DNA from: Eledone cirrhosa
Lineage: Eukaryota
NCBI GenBank assembly: GCA_964016885.1
Contig: OZ024742.1
Coordinates: forward strand, 108,934,001 to 108,997,833
Reading direction: 5' to 3'
DNA length: 63,833 nt
Under the pieces are notes generated by a model, which was given only the letters and a program-made list of their open reading frames with translations, was not told the origin of the DNA and did no database searches. Below, piece after piece: positions 1-13,085 of this stretch (positions are counted from its first letter, which is position 1; each line of letters starts with the position of its first letter). The position numbers were made by a program, and so were the translations under genes.

Positions 1-177
1 CTACAAGAGCATCCTTGTCTGAGTGCTCTTGGGTTTGTTGGTGATATGGGCTTTCATGTTTTTAGCACATTAGTAGCAGATTTTCACTGTATGGCAGTTA
101 AAATTTGGTCTTAACACAACTGCTTAGTTGAAATTATTTCATTTGGGGGAATGGGGTGCCTAACTGAAATAATGGGC

Positions 178-355
178 CCCACATTGTAGAACTAGTCTAG
201 GGTACTAAATACCTAGGTGCCAGCATTAGTGGAATAAGGGTGTGCATATTGTAGAGCTAGCTTGGGGTGCTAAATATCAATGAAACAGTATAAGTGGTGT
301 AAAGGAGCACACATTGTAGAGCTAGTCTATGGTGCTAAATACCCAGGTGCTGGCT
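178..355. repeat. degenerate ~65-bp tandem repeat (about 3 copies)
   Basis: CAYATTGTAGARCTAG...GGTRCTAAATA recurs at ~180, ~245 and ~310. Confidence 0.7.
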
Positions 356-544
356 CTAGATGTGTCTAAACCTTGAATGCCTAAATCAAGGATTCTATTA
401 CTTCTTAGACCATTGCTACCTTGATGGAATCCTTGACCCCTCATTGAAGCCAGGCATGTACTAAAATAGATAAATATGTAAATTAGAAAAAAAAATCAAT
501 AATCAAAATATAAAATCGAAAATAATAACTAATATATTAGCAGG

Positions 545-1010
545 TGTGGAGGAGGGCTTCTTATTATGAAGTCGGCAGATGGTCTGCCAGAACACTTTAT
601 TTGCTGATCTGAAGTCGGATTCCAGCTTAACACCAAATTTCTCTGTCTTCATTTTGGACGCCTTTAGTGTCTCTGCTGTGGTTCCTTGTGCCTGTTTGTA
701 CTGCAAGTGCAAGAAGAAGGACCTATTTCCAAGCCAAGCTTTGTAAGCCTATTTCTTTGCATGGGTGGCATCTTTGACCTCTTGATTGAAAAACAAAGGG
801 TCCTCCTGCCATCCGGCAGGAGACCAATGGGTAGACCCTGAACAAGATGGTTGGATAACATCCATGAGCTTGGCTGGTCTTGCTTGGGGATCCAGGCAGG
901 TCAGTTGGAGACGATTGCTTCTGACAGGAGCCGCTGGAAGAGGTGTTTTAAGGTGTTGCTCCCACGACCCTCTCAAGAATAAGTGGGCGAAGGAGGAGGA
1001 GAAGAAGAAA
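545..1010. mobile_element. RTE-clade (Rex3/Expander-like) LINE fragment with an inverted 5' part
   Basis: Minus strand 545-800 encodes FNQEVKDATHAKK and EKFGVKLESDFRSANKVFWQTICRL (EN-RT linker). Plus strand 810-1010 encodes the C-terminus SGRRPMGRP*TRWLDNIHELGWSCLGI...LPRP. Confidence 0.65.
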
Positions 1011-1189
1011 TCTGTATAAGCAAGTTGTATTGTATTGTAATGTTTTTATGTATTTTCATTTCTTATTCAACTATCAAGTTTTGGTCCAAATATATAATCG
1101 AACCCATGTGTAGTCCCATCGACTCGTGGGTCGATAGCGATAACTTTGAGAACCCCTAACCGAAACCCTCACTATATTCTATTCTATCA

Positions 1190-1332
1190 AATAACGGTTT
1201 CTTATTTAGGCACAAGGCCAGCAAATTTGGTGGGAGGGAAAAGTCGATGAAATTAACCACAGTGCGTGACTGGTACTTTATTTTATCGACCCCGTAAGGA
1301 TAAAGGCAAAGTTAACCGCGGCGGGATTTGAA
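1190..1332 (-). mobile_element. tRNA-derived SINE, 5'-truncated
   Basis: Reverse complement of the SINE body GTTCAAATCCCGCC...TTGCCTTT..TCCTTACGGGGTCGATAAAATAAAGTACCAGT seen at 36119. Confidence 0.75.
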
Positions 1333-1547
1333 CATCAAATAATCATTCATTATCCACATACAAAAAAGATCAGAATTATTTCAAGGGACATAATTCATTA
1401 TATTTTAATACATTCAACGTGTTGTCTCCCTTAAAGAAATGTCCGCTCCCTCCCATTTCTTCGCTTTGCGATACGGTGAAAATTTTATTTCATTCTTTCT
1501 TTACCTTTTCCGACCTGTGGTCATGCTGGGGCACTGTATTTATATAA

Positions 1548-1730
1548 TAATTGTTTCTACTTTAGGAACAAGGCCCAGCAATTTTCCAGTTCATTACTGG
1601 TACTTTATTTTATCGACCCCGCAAGGATGAAAGGCAAAGTCAACCTCGGCGGGATTTGAACTCAGATCGTAAAGGGACGTAACTATGCTAGAAAGCATGG
1701 CGTCCGACCCTCTACTGATACTGCCAATGC
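1548..1730 (-). mobile_element. tRNA-derived SINE
   Basis: Near full-length reverse-complement match to the SINE at 36119-36305, including the B-box GAGTTCAAATCC. Confidence 0.8.
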
Positions 1731-2057
1731 GTTTCTTTATGTTAAATATTTATTTCCCAGGCAAATAATATAAACGTTGTATCTATTATACATGATGTCT
1801 TTAATTTCGTTCCATCGTTTATCAATCAATTTCATCGATGCATTTTTTTATTTTAACGTTATATTTAAAAAAAAGCTTAGCCCATTTATTCTTTGATTTT
1901 TTACTGGTTTATGTCATCAAACTGCGGCCATACTGAACCACCGACTCCAGTACTTTTTTTTTAAAATCTGGTACTAATTTTATCGATCTCTTTTTTTTCT
2001 CAAACAGATAACAGTAGATAAAAATACTGACGTTATCAGACACACACAAATATATAA

Positions 2058-3140
2058 TCATCATCATCATTATACGTCTGTTTTCCTTGCTAGCAAAGGT
2101 TGGATTTGTCACAAATTTGTCAGTACCTGCGCTCTACATTGGGCATTTAATCGTGGCACCAACACCGGGGAAGTTGTCATATTCTTAGCGTAGCAGAAGA
2201 GTCTTCCATATTCTTTTTTGGCAGATTTTCTATGGTTGGATGCCGTTCCTATCGTCAACCACTTTACAGAGTTTATTGGATGATTGTAGATCACCAACAC
2301 TAAGTAGGTTGCATGTCTATGATAAACTAAACAGTCCTCCCGACTCTTTGACCGTTTTCTATGGCTGGATGCTCTTCATATCACCAGCCACTTTACAGAG
2401 TACTGGGTACGTTTATAGTATAAATCACCAATACTAGAAGGGTTGTCATACCCCTGACACAACTGAAGGGTCCTATCAACTCTTTGGCATGGTTTCTAAT
2501 GCAAGGTGCCCTTCCTATCAGCAACCACATTACAAGCTGGAGTAGGTGCATTGTGGCACAGACACTGGAGAGGCTGTCTGTATTGACTCAATTGTAGAGT
2601 AACCTCAGCCTTATGAATAGGGCAGATGCCAAGGTATTTAACAGGGTAATGGGAGGGGATATCTCTTCATCTTTAATATGGGAGGTATCGTTATGACAAC
2701 AGTTACTTAGGGGCTATGTTTGGTGTGTCAGTGTTTGGGGGGAGGGTGATCTTGAGTAGTGTAGGAGGGTGGGTGGGGTGTGACTGTATAGAGTGTAGGT
2801 ATTAGGGTTTAGATATGGTGGAGGTGAAATAACAGTGAAGATAGCTACTAAGAGGTTATAGTGGGTGCGGGTGATACGTGAATAGGTTAGTCAAGTCAGG
2901 CCAGGTTTTTGGCTGATAGATAAGTTTTCATCAGCACAGCATATCAACAGTCCTCAAGGTCATTTGTCATCTTTGATGTGAGGTTCAACTTCTTAAGGTC
3001 AGCCATCTCTAATTCGTCCCATGTATTCCTGTGTCTGCCTCTTCCATGAATTCAATCCATTGTGATTTGTCTGCTCCTCTTTATACGACTCATCTTCAAT
3101 GCTCATCACATGTCCATAGCAACACAGTTTTCTCTCTTAA
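2058..3140 (-). mobile_element. RTE LINE 3' portion, degenerate
   Basis: (CAT)n tail, repeated GGATGCCCTTCCTA-type 3' motif, and decayed C-terminal coding sequence at 2900-3140. Confidence 0.6.
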
Positions 3141-3164
3141 ACATCACATCCATACACACACATG

Positions 3165-4800
3165 TCATCATCGTCACTGTTTAATATCCATTTTTCCACG
3201 CTAGTATGGGTTAGACGAGTTGTCCCATTGAGACAAGACAGGTTAATGACCATGTCTTGTTCATGCAGAACTGATTTAGTTTGGTTTCTATGGCTGGATG
3301 CCCTTCCTAACTCCAACCACATTTACAGTGTATGCTGGGTGCTTTTTGACATGACATCTACACAACCACTTCGCAGTGAGAGCTGGGTATTTTTTGTCAT
3401 GTCACCTACACAACCACTTTACAGTATGGGCTTCAGCAATTTTTTTCGTGGCACCTACACGACCACTTTACAGTGTGGGCTAGGAACTTGGGTGGGATCT
3501 AGGGACTTGTATGAGTGGGGTGTTAAGATATGGGATATTCAAGAGGGAGGGACATGGATGAAGGGAGGGGGGTTAGACAATGACATGTATGGAAGGGGCA
3601 GAGAAAGAATAGTGCATACAAGATGTATGCTTCAACTCATGCACATGGGACAGCGAGTCTTCTGTATTATTGCATAATACCAGAGATCTCGATCCTGTGT
3701 CATTGCTTTTGAGAGGTGCAATTGTCAGCATTTATCATCTCATCTCAAGTCTTCCTAGTCTTCCTACACCATAATTTCAATTGAGGGACTGCACCTTTTT
3801 ATACAGCTATCATACTTCATACGCATCACATCTCCATACCAACACATTCTCCTCTCCTGCACACTGCATCTGATCCTTCTTATTCCCAGTTTCTCTCTCA
3901 GTTTATTTATGCTTTGCTGTTCATGTATATTACTATATATTACAATTACATATCCATAAAAGCATGGAAGCTTCATTTCTTTCCAATCTTCATAGGTCCT
4001 CTGCATACAGCGCCCAAGGTCTCACTGCCATGCAACATTGCTGTTTGTATACATGCATCATACAATCTGCCCTTCATTTTGATTGAAAAACCTTTTTGTG
4101 GTTAGCAACGGTAGTAATTCCCTGAACTTTCTCCATCCCGTTTTCACTCTAGCTACATTACTTTTGGAACACCCACTTCCACTACAAATTTAGTTGCCTA
4201 TGTAACAGAAACTATCAACTATTTCTACTGAGCCCTCTGGGCATTTAAAGCAGTTAGTATCCTGAGGGCTTTTGTAACTTACTGCACCTGTGCAATGAAA
4301 ATATAAAACCTGCATTCTTTCTTTCCACTACATTTCTTGTGTACCCATAGTTTGAATTTGGGGTATATGATGGAATTTCTACCTACTCCTTTCTTGCACA
4401 CTGAGCAAGGCGATTTTCCTGAGGAAATCTGGACCCTGCTATCCTTTCTACATACTTGGACTTTGGTCTTTGCAAAGTTGACTTTAAGACCTTTAGATTC
4501 TAGGCCTTGCTTCCAGGTTTGGAATTTCTTCTCTAGTTCTGCCATAGATTCAGCTATAGGGGTTAGATCATCTGCATACAGAAGCTCTCACAGGCAGCCA
4601 GTCTTAAACTCTTTTGTTATAGCCTGCAGGACAATAATAAATAGTAGAGGGCTAAGAATAGAGCCTTGATGCACTCCTACCTGCATGCTAAATTCTTCAC
4701 TAGAGTTGCTAATTCTAAGCTTGCTGACTGTTCCTCTATACATGACTTGTACTACCCTCACAAGCCATTCATCTACTAGTTTTCTAAGAGCCACAAGAAG
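3165..4800 (-). mobile_element. RTE LINE, 5'-truncated and decayed
   Basis: ORF fragments QVGVHQGSILSPLLFIIVLQAITKEFKTG, LESKGLKVNFAKTKV, CSVCKKGVGRNSI and RRMCWYGDVMR, plus the RTE 3' UTR motif. Confidence 0.85.
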
Positions 4801-5423
4801 ATTACTGTAGCCAGATTGAGAATGGTATAGAATAAGTTTAGTGTGCAACTACTGCTACTAGCTACAAAATGCTTTTTCCTCTAAATCAAGGGCAGATTGA
4901 CGAACAGCAATGCCGCATGGCAGTGAGACCTGGGCACTATGGAAAAAAATGGACGTTAACTGGTGATGATGATGATAATGATATATAGACATACACACAT
5001 GAAATTGAGCAGTTGAAGTCTACTAAATTCCATTCACAAGGCATTGGTCAACCTGAGGCTATAGTAGAAGACAGCTAGTACTGTGCAATGTAACTGAATT
5101 TGAGACCAGATGACTGCTGTGATGACAACAGTTATGTTGTTGAGGATCACATTGATGATAAATAATTCAATATTCATCTTTTGTATTTCACACCCCACAC
5201 ACATGCATCAACATCTTTCTCATACTCACACACACACATATTTACTCACATACATACACAGAAAAATCCTATTAGGCAAAAGATTTCACAGATTTGTGTA
5301 GTCTGTCTTAGAAATATTAGTTACACACACATACACACACTCACGTGTTTGTTTTCATTCATCAATTGATTTCCCATGGAAACAACAGTTCAGAAATAGT
5401 TTTCAGCTAAACTATAATTCTTT

Positions 5424-5505
<82 letters not shown>

Positions 5506-5548
5506 ATATCTATATATTTCCCTCTCTCTCTCTCTATATATATATATA

Positions 5549-5641
5549 CATGGTGTCCCTAAAAATGTATACACACATTGATTACCTGTACAGACAATAT
5601 TTATTAGAATGCTGTTGAAGTCTGTATACATTTTTGGGGGA

Positions 5642-5645
<4 letters not shown>
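5549..5645. mobile_element. ~97-bp Tc1/mariner-type MITE in a TA tract
   Basis: TIRs GTGTCCCTAAAAATGTATACA and TGTATACATTTTTGGGGGACAC, flanked by TA. Confidence 0.7.
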
Positions 5646-5709
<64 letters not shown>

Positions 5710-5759
5710 CACTTTCCCTCCATCACCCCTTCCATACACCATGTTGTAACACCCCCACA

Positions 5760-6180
5760 TATGTCCTAACACTCCACCCATGTCCTAAAACACCACCCTC
5801 ACCCATGCCTCAAAATGTACCTTCCCAAGCCCCTTGCACCTCCCCCACCCAAGTCTCCAGTCCACACTGTAAAGTGGTTGTGTATGTGTCATGACAAACA
5901 ACACCCAATCCACAATTTAAAGTGGTTACTATTTTACCTGTTCCAGCCATCCAGCTGAGGGTGTAGGTGTCACAACAAAAGGCACCCAGTATATACTGTA
6001 AATGGGGTTGTCATTAGGAAGGGCATCCTGCTGTAGAAACCAAACCCAAATCAGTTCTGTATGAGCAAGACAGGGTCATCCAACCTGGCTTGTCTCACAA
6101 CAGGACAGCTTGTCTAACCCATGCTAGCATGGAAATTGAATGTTATAAGGTGATGGTGATGATGATGATGAGGATGATAT
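5760..6180 (+). mobile_element. RTE LINE 3' UTR and tail
   Basis: TTAGGAAGGGCATCC motif, CCCATGCTAGCATGGAA and a (GAT)n tail. Confidence 0.7.
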
Positions 6181-6599
6181 ATATAAAATTTGAGTGAAGA
6201 CAGGAAAATTAACAAATACAGAGAGTCCCATCTCATCAGTCGACCACTAGAGATATGTTATTTCAATGATTTAGATCGATACAACTGGCTCTAGTGCGCA
6301 AGGGACAGTAACAAATGAACAGTGGACAAGACGATAGTCTTAATGGCTATTTACAAATAAGAGAATTTGCCACTAACCCATGAACTGCAAATGAAAAGAA
6401 GAGATATCGATGAGGCCCAACATATTGATTAGCTAAGAAGAAGAAGTAAAAGAGGTGGAAGAGATAGAAAATTTACACACGTTAATAAAAGTATTTTCTG
6501 TTTGTTTGATATATATATATGTATATCATCATCATCATTTAACGTCCATGTTCCATGCTAGGATGGGTTAGACGAATATATATATATATATACACACAC

Positions 6600-7092
6600 A
6601 CGGTGGGTGGAAAAAAATCTCTATTAAAACTTTTTAATAACTTTATTCAATTTTCATGAAACATGTTTTATTTTGAACAGTATAATGGTAAAAGTACAGT
6701 ACAGTGTTAACACCCTACATAGGCACCAGTGTTTGCAATCATCTGGATATATCCTCAACTGACTTCATCAGGAGCTCAGGCAGTATGATGGTCAGTACAT
6801 GACAAATACATTCCTCTAATTGAGTTAGAGTTATTGGTTTTGAACTATAAACCTCTCCCTTCGGCTATGCCCTCAGGAAAAATAGCATGGTGTTAAGTCA
6901 GGGTTTCTTACGGGCCATTCATATGGACCTTGACAACCCAGCCAATGTCCTGGAAATTGGACATCAAACCACTTAGAGACAGTGTGTGCAAAATGAAGAG
7001 GGGCCCCCATCTTGCATGAATATCAGGTCATTGATGTTGTTCCAAGTGGTCACAGTAGGCCAAAAGTTAACTAATTTTCAATTCACCCTATA
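6600..7092 (-). mobile_element. Tc1/mariner transposase C-terminal remnant
   Basis: Minus-strand translation LIFMQDGGPLHF...FPGHWLG...EWPVRNPDLTPCYFFL resembles the QDGAPxH and WPPRSPDLTPCDFFLWG motifs; contains stops. Confidence 0.75.
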
Positions 7093-7107
7093 TATATATA
7101 TATATGT

Positions 7108-8560
7108 ATCATCATCATCATTTCCGTTTAGTGTCAATTATTTCATGCTTGTATGAGTTAGACGGGTTGTCCATGCCGGGAGGCAAGTCTGACCATGGTT
7201 GGCCATGTCGCACCTTGCTCCAGTGAGGACTATAAATTTGGCCGGGTATTTTACAGCTGGATGCCCTGCCTAACACCAACCACATTTACAGTGTGTGACT
7301 GGATGGCTCCGTCATGAGGAGGGATAGACCAGTTGGCCGCACCAAACCCCTCTCACAAACGAACCAGTTTTGGAGCCTGACCCATCTCATGAAGGAGCCA
7401 TAGTTAAGGAGCCCGGTACTGAAAGGCACCACCAATATGAGGAGCCTGACCCATCTTACAACATAGCCACCGTTTTAGGGACTGGTACTGGATGAGGAGG
7501 GACAGGTGTAGGGTCACAGTTTGGGAGCCTGGTGTTGGATGACACCACTATGTGAAGAGGCGAGTTGGAACCCAGTACTGGATGGCACTGATGCAAGGAG
7601 CCTAACCCATCTTACAGCATAGCCATAGTTTTGTGGTCCAGTATTGGATGATACCGCCATGAGGAGGGACAGGCCAGCTGGCTGCACCGAACCCATTTCA
7701 CATTGTACGCATAGTTTAGGGGCCTGATATTGGTTGATGCCACTATGACGAAGGATAGGTCCGGGACCACAGTATGGGAGCCTGGCTCATAGTAGGAACA
7801 CAGTTTTTGTAAACACCACTATGGGAAGGGACAGACCAATTTAGTTGCACCAAACCTCTCCCACAGCGACACCACAGTTTCGGGGCTGGGTAGTCTCCAC
7901 GCGATGAACCCTTCTCCGTACGAAACCACCATTTGGGAGCCTAGGTCTGGATGGCACCACTACGTGCAGGGACAGGCCAATTGGCCACACCAGACCCTCC
8001 ACTCAGCAGACCCTCATTTCAGGTTCAGAGCCCGGCGCTGAGTGACCCGGGCACTCTCCACATGATGAACCCTTCACAAGATCACATTTTACTTCTGGAG
8101 CCCCGCACTGGATGACCGCGATGAAACTCTTGTGGACCTGCCATTGACCTTGTTTGCAGTGTGGGGCTGGGCTTGCCATTTTGATTCGAGTCCGACAGTG
8201 AGTTGTTGGAACAGGTCTTTGTTGAATTTTGTAGCTCCAGAGGACTTGGTCCTGTGTCATCCCCATTGGGAGATTTAGTTGAGTTAGGTTTGCCCTTATC
8301 GTTTCATTCCACATCTTCCTGGGTCTTCATCTCTTGGGGCTTCCCGCAACTCTTAAAGCCCTACACCTCTTTAAGTAGCTGTCATTCTTGTGCATCATGT
8401 GACCATACCACCGCAGTCTTCTCTCTTGCACAGAATTTGATGCCTCTTATACCTAATTTTACTTTTAATACATTAACACTTTGCCATTCACATACACTTC
8501 TGTTACACATCCATTTGACCATGCTTCGTTTCTTTCCAGCCTCTGTAAGTCCTCGGTACG
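7108..8560 (-). mobile_element. RTE LINE 3' portion with an expanded GC-rich repetitive 3' UTR
   Basis: C-terminal coding remnant at 8230-8560, GGAGCCTGACCCATCT-type repeats at 7320-8100, RTE 3' motif and (CAT)n tail. Confidence 0.7.
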
Positions 8561-8624
8561 CATAGTAAAAGTTTGGTAGAAATATCCAAGGATAAGAACA
8601 CTCAGTCCATAGGACAAGTTAAGT

Positions 8625-9696
8625 ATAATTAGTTACAACAGTGACATATACAGGTACTGAAGTTTTGTTAGGTTATGCACCTCAACTCATTCAGCCTGTT
8701 ATAAAAACAAAGATGTCCTTCAGTGGTTGAATCTGATTTCTTTTATGAAGATTATTCAAGAGTTCTAACAAAGGCATGTGATTTCAAAAATAGTTATAAA
8801 AAGGTATAGTGAAAATAGGATACTCATGTATTAATAAAATTAAAATCCTCATCACTGGCAAACACAAAAGCCCTCCACCATACGGATGCGCATGCAGAAG
8901 ACCAGAGACATGCCCACTAGACAAACAGTACAGCACTCCGGCAATAATATATCAAGTAGAAGTTACTTCCACCAACCAGAACCACCAAACTGAAGCCTGG
9001 ACTTATGTTGGAATGTCTGAAAAGCGGTTCAAAAACCGGTACCTGAACCATGAAACAACCTTCAGGCATCCTGACAAAAAATATGCCACCTAGCTCGCAA
9101 ACCATGTATGGAGTCTTAAAAATAATGGCACACATTTTCCCATCAAATGAAGTATATAAGAAAAATCTACCGCCTATGTTAATGTGATGAAATTTTGCCG
9201 CCTTTGTCATTTGTAAATGTGGAATACACTCTCTCAGCTGGCTTCAGATAAACACTGCTTAAATACAAGCCTTGACTGCTTTAGCTGCTGTCCACATGAA
9301 ACAAAGTACATTCTGAGTAAATGGTATAGACCTGACTAACTAATCTTAATGTCTAGGAATGTATTTTCTTTGAATTACTAACTAATTTGTATGTCAAGGC
9401 AAAAAATTTCCCCTGACTAACTAATCACACTGTTTAGGAATATATTTTCTTTGAATTAATAACAAATTTGTATGTCAAGATAAAACATTTCCCTACTCTT
9501 GATATTGGTTTCGAAAGAGTTACCTCCCTTGAACCTATCTAATAATTTTGGTTATTTATAGCTATTTATAACTATTTTCGAAATTACCTACCTTTCTTTG
9601 AACTCTCAAAGAATCTGCATAAAAGAAATCAGATTCAACCACCATTTTTATAACGAAACTCAAGTACCTATATATGTCACTATTGTAACTAATTAG
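8625..9696 (+). mobile_element. Penelope-like element remnant with inverted terminal copies
   Basis: 8625-8765 is an inverted copy of 9600-9695 and encloses a GIY-YIG coding remnant. Confidence 0.8.
8809..9335 (+). pseudogene. PLE GIY-YIG endonuclease domain, disrupted
   Basis: CACRRPETCPL...IIYQVEV...TYVGMSEKRFKNRYLNHETTFRH...T*LANHVWSLK...CRLC is the typical Penelope-like EN pattern; contains in-frame stops. Confidence 0.8.
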
Positions 9697-10049
9697 ATAT
9701 ATATATGTGTGTGTACATATATGTACATATATATTCCAAGATGGCTGATTAACAATAGCATATGCTTTTTCTCCTCTCTACCTTTTTTTCCATATTTTCA
9801 TTTGTTACTCTTGTTTGTCTCCTCTTTTCTTCTCTCTTCTAACCCTTTAGCATTTAAACCAGCTGTATCCGGCCAGAATTCTCTCACCTCTTTCTGTTCA
9901 ACCTGGCAATATCTGGCCAGTTATACTGATGTTAAGGTATTGTTCTCAATATAAACAATATCAGAATCTCATAGATTCGAAAGCCTTTACTACAAAAATA
10001 CAACAGTAAATATAGAGTAATGTAAATGCTAAAGGGCTAAACATCCTCT

Positions 10050-10400
10050 TTTCTCTCTGATTCTCTCTTTCTATGAAGGGCTAATATCCACATTGAGACT
10101 CTTTTCCTACTATGTCAAGTGTTAAACTAATATACCCTTATTGTAGTGTATAACTTTCCTATCTTTTTTTTTGTTGATTTTTCTTTATATATATATAAAG
10201 AAAAGTCAACAAGAAAAAAAAACAAGATAGGAAAGTTATACACTACAATATATATATATGCAAAATGTCAATGAGTAAAAATAAAGAAAGGAGAATAATG
10301 CAGTACAATGACAATATGTATTTGTTGGTATTGTAGGAAAAGAGTCTTAATGTTTCGGATGCTAGTCCTTCATCAAAAGATAGAATGAGTGATAAAAGAA
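10050..10400. repeat. inverted pair of PLE-like terminal sequences around a TA spacer
   Basis: ATTGTAGTGTATAACTTTCCTATCTT pairs with AAGATAGGAAAGTTATACACTACAAT; GAGACTCTTTTCCTAC pairs with GTAGGAAAAGAGTCTT; a degenerate hammerhead lies on the minus strand at 10345-10380. Confidence 0.6.
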
Positions 10401-10828
10401 GAAATACGATAGATGAGAGTGAGAAAAAAAAAAAAATTTACAAGGAGAAAGTATGTGTGTCTTTAGTCAGCCATATAAAGTTTTCTAATTTGGAGGATCC
10501 AGTTTACACAACAACTATCTGAATTATTCTCTGATGAAATGTCCCTAACAGATAAATTAATATCTGGCTCATGTGGATTGAACAACTTTGTTTTAGTTGA
10601 TGCAAGGATGATTACAGAATAGGTTAACACATTATAATCCTATTCTTGTATACTGTAGCTCATGTAAGAAGGTGAATAAATGCAATTTTTAAAAACAACC
10701 TCACTGCTTTTGTAATAATTCCAACATTCTTTGATTACTATATATATATATATTGCTGTGTCTATATATACATACATACACCCACTTTTACATTCCCTGT
10801 TTCATATATATATATATATATATATATA

Positions 10829-11716
10829 CGAGGTGTGTCAGAAAAGTTCCAGGACTGATGTCACAAAAGATTTATTTTAAACCCAAACTTCACACTAAGA
10901 GTTTTCTCCTTCAAAGTAATCCCCCTGGAGTCTAATGCACTTTTCCATCCTTTTCTGCCACGCTTGCATGCACTGCTGAAAGGATTCTTCTGGGAACCTC
11001 TGCAGTTCTGTCGTCACGGCCTTTTTGATGTCGTCCACGTCTTCAAAACGAGTCCCCTCCGGGTCGTACTCGAAGATCCATGTCTCATCACCAGTGATGA
11101 CTGTCCCTAGCAAATCTGGTTCGGTTTCAAGACGCTCGAGGATGTCCTGGCACACTTGCATGCGTCAACCCTTCTGGTCATCGTTCAGCAGTTTTGGCAC
11201 CATCTTCGCGCAGACTTTCCGCATGCCCAAATCTTCAGTGAGAATCTTCCAGACGCTATCCCGATTCATGCCCAGCTCATTTGCTATCAGTCGAATAGTC
11301 AGCCGACAATCGCTACGCACCATCTGCCTGACGCACTCAACGTTGACCTCAGTCCTCGTTGTTGAGGGCCTTCCGCTCCTGAGGTCATCTTACACCACTT
11401 AAAAACACGTGAGCGCGACATCGTCTCATCTCCATACACTTGCTGCAGCAATCCCAGTGCTTCTGACGGAGTTTTCCCCAACCGTACCAGAAACTTCAAG
11501 TTTGTTCGTTGCTCTGTGCACATTGCTTGACGACCTGAATTAGAGGACATGTATATAAAATTATGAAGAAAAAAGTTTGATCGCTGCAGAGAGCTAAGAT
11601 TACAGTTACATACTCCAGGGGGATTACTTTGAAGGAGAAAATTCTTAGTGTGAAGTTTGGGTTTGAAATAAATCTTTTGTGACATCAGTCCTGGAACTTT
11701 TCTGACTCACACCTTG
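10829..11716 (-). mobile_element. internally deleted mariner (DD34D-type) element with ~104-bp TIRs
   Basis: EQRTNLKFLVRLGKTPSEALGLLQQVYGDETMSRSRVFKW (HTH), ITGDETWIFEYDPE and KCIRLQGDYFE; TIRs 10829-10931 and 11612-11716; TA flanks. Confidence 0.9.
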
Positions 11717-12099
11717 TATAAATATATATGTATATGTATATATGATAATGTCATTTATTTTGTTTGACCTGTTTAGCTTGACTTGATTTTTGGCTTAGGT
11801 GGTCTATAGGTTCTTGACCGCCTTCTCAGTTTGTATGGCCTTTATAACATATGTTTATTGCTCTAGTCTTTTAGACTATGGAGCGCTTGCCAGCATGACT
11901 CGGAATTTGCGTTATGTTTCGCTTTTTCTACTCGCCGAAATGCGATTCTCGCTGAATTTATATATATATATATATATATATATTGTATTGTTTAGCTCTG
12001 GTTTTTAACTATTGAGCACTTTGCCAGTATCATTTCTGATTTTTGTGTTTCGCTTTGCCTTTCCTGCCCGCCGAAATGCGATTCTCGCTGAATCTTTAT

Positions 12100-12100
12100 T

Positions 12101-12142
<42 letters not shown>

Positions 12143-12144
12143 TA

Positions 12145-12196
<52 letters not shown>

Positions 12197-12629
12197 TTTA
12201 TACATACACACACAAGTATACATACGCAACTATACTTACTAATACATGCATGTATGTCTGAAAGAAAGAAAATATGAGTTTGATGTGGTATAGTGTGAGT
12301 TGTGTGGTTGTCTAACCCATCCAACCATCCAGGCAGACAGCTGGACACAGCCTAGTGAGGCAGATCAAAATGCTTTTAATTAGTATTGTCCTTCAATTCT
12401 CTGATCTCGTTGCCAGCCAGTTGTTCATTAGTAGTCACATATTGCTGTCTAAGCTCTTTATTGGAATAAATGCATTTTTTTCGCTTCAGTTCAGAACAAA
12501 TATTGACCAAAGCAGCACACACTAGGTTAGCAATAGCTTAGTGATAAAGAATTGTACTGACCTTTTTTTTTTATTATGTTTATTTAGTTTTTAACTTAGG
12601 TTTTATTCCTCTTTATTTTTCTTTTGCAT

Positions 12630-12662
<33 letters not shown>

Positions 12663-12786
12663 GAATATATATATGAATGCATATATATCTATATATATAT
12701 ATCTATATATATATACATACATATATATACATATATATATATACATACATATATATGTATATATATGTATGTATATACATACATAT

Positions 12787-12842
<56 letters not shown>

Positions 12843-13085
12843 TGTTGGTTTTGTGGTCTCATCGACCCTATCCCACCCCAATTTATGTTATACTTTGTTT
12901 TATCTCCTGTAGACTGTTGACTATCAGAGATTGGTGAGTAGGTGGGTTGGTTGGTAAGTAGGTGGGTATGTTGGTAGGTAGATAGGTTTGTGGGTGGGCT
13001 GGCTGGTAGTTAGTAAGTTAGGTAGGTAGGTAGGTATGAATGTAGGTTGGTAAGTATGTATGTATGTAGGTTGGTAGGTAGGTTG
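12100..13085. repeat. microsatellite cluster: (TA)n, (CA)n, (GGTA)n
   Basis: Directly visible simple repeats at 12100-12240, 12630-12840 and 12935-13085. Confidence 0.9.

Noticed and set aside
10525-10590. CTGATGA possible hammerhead
   Set aside because: There is no properly placed GAAA or stems; at best it is a decayed relic.
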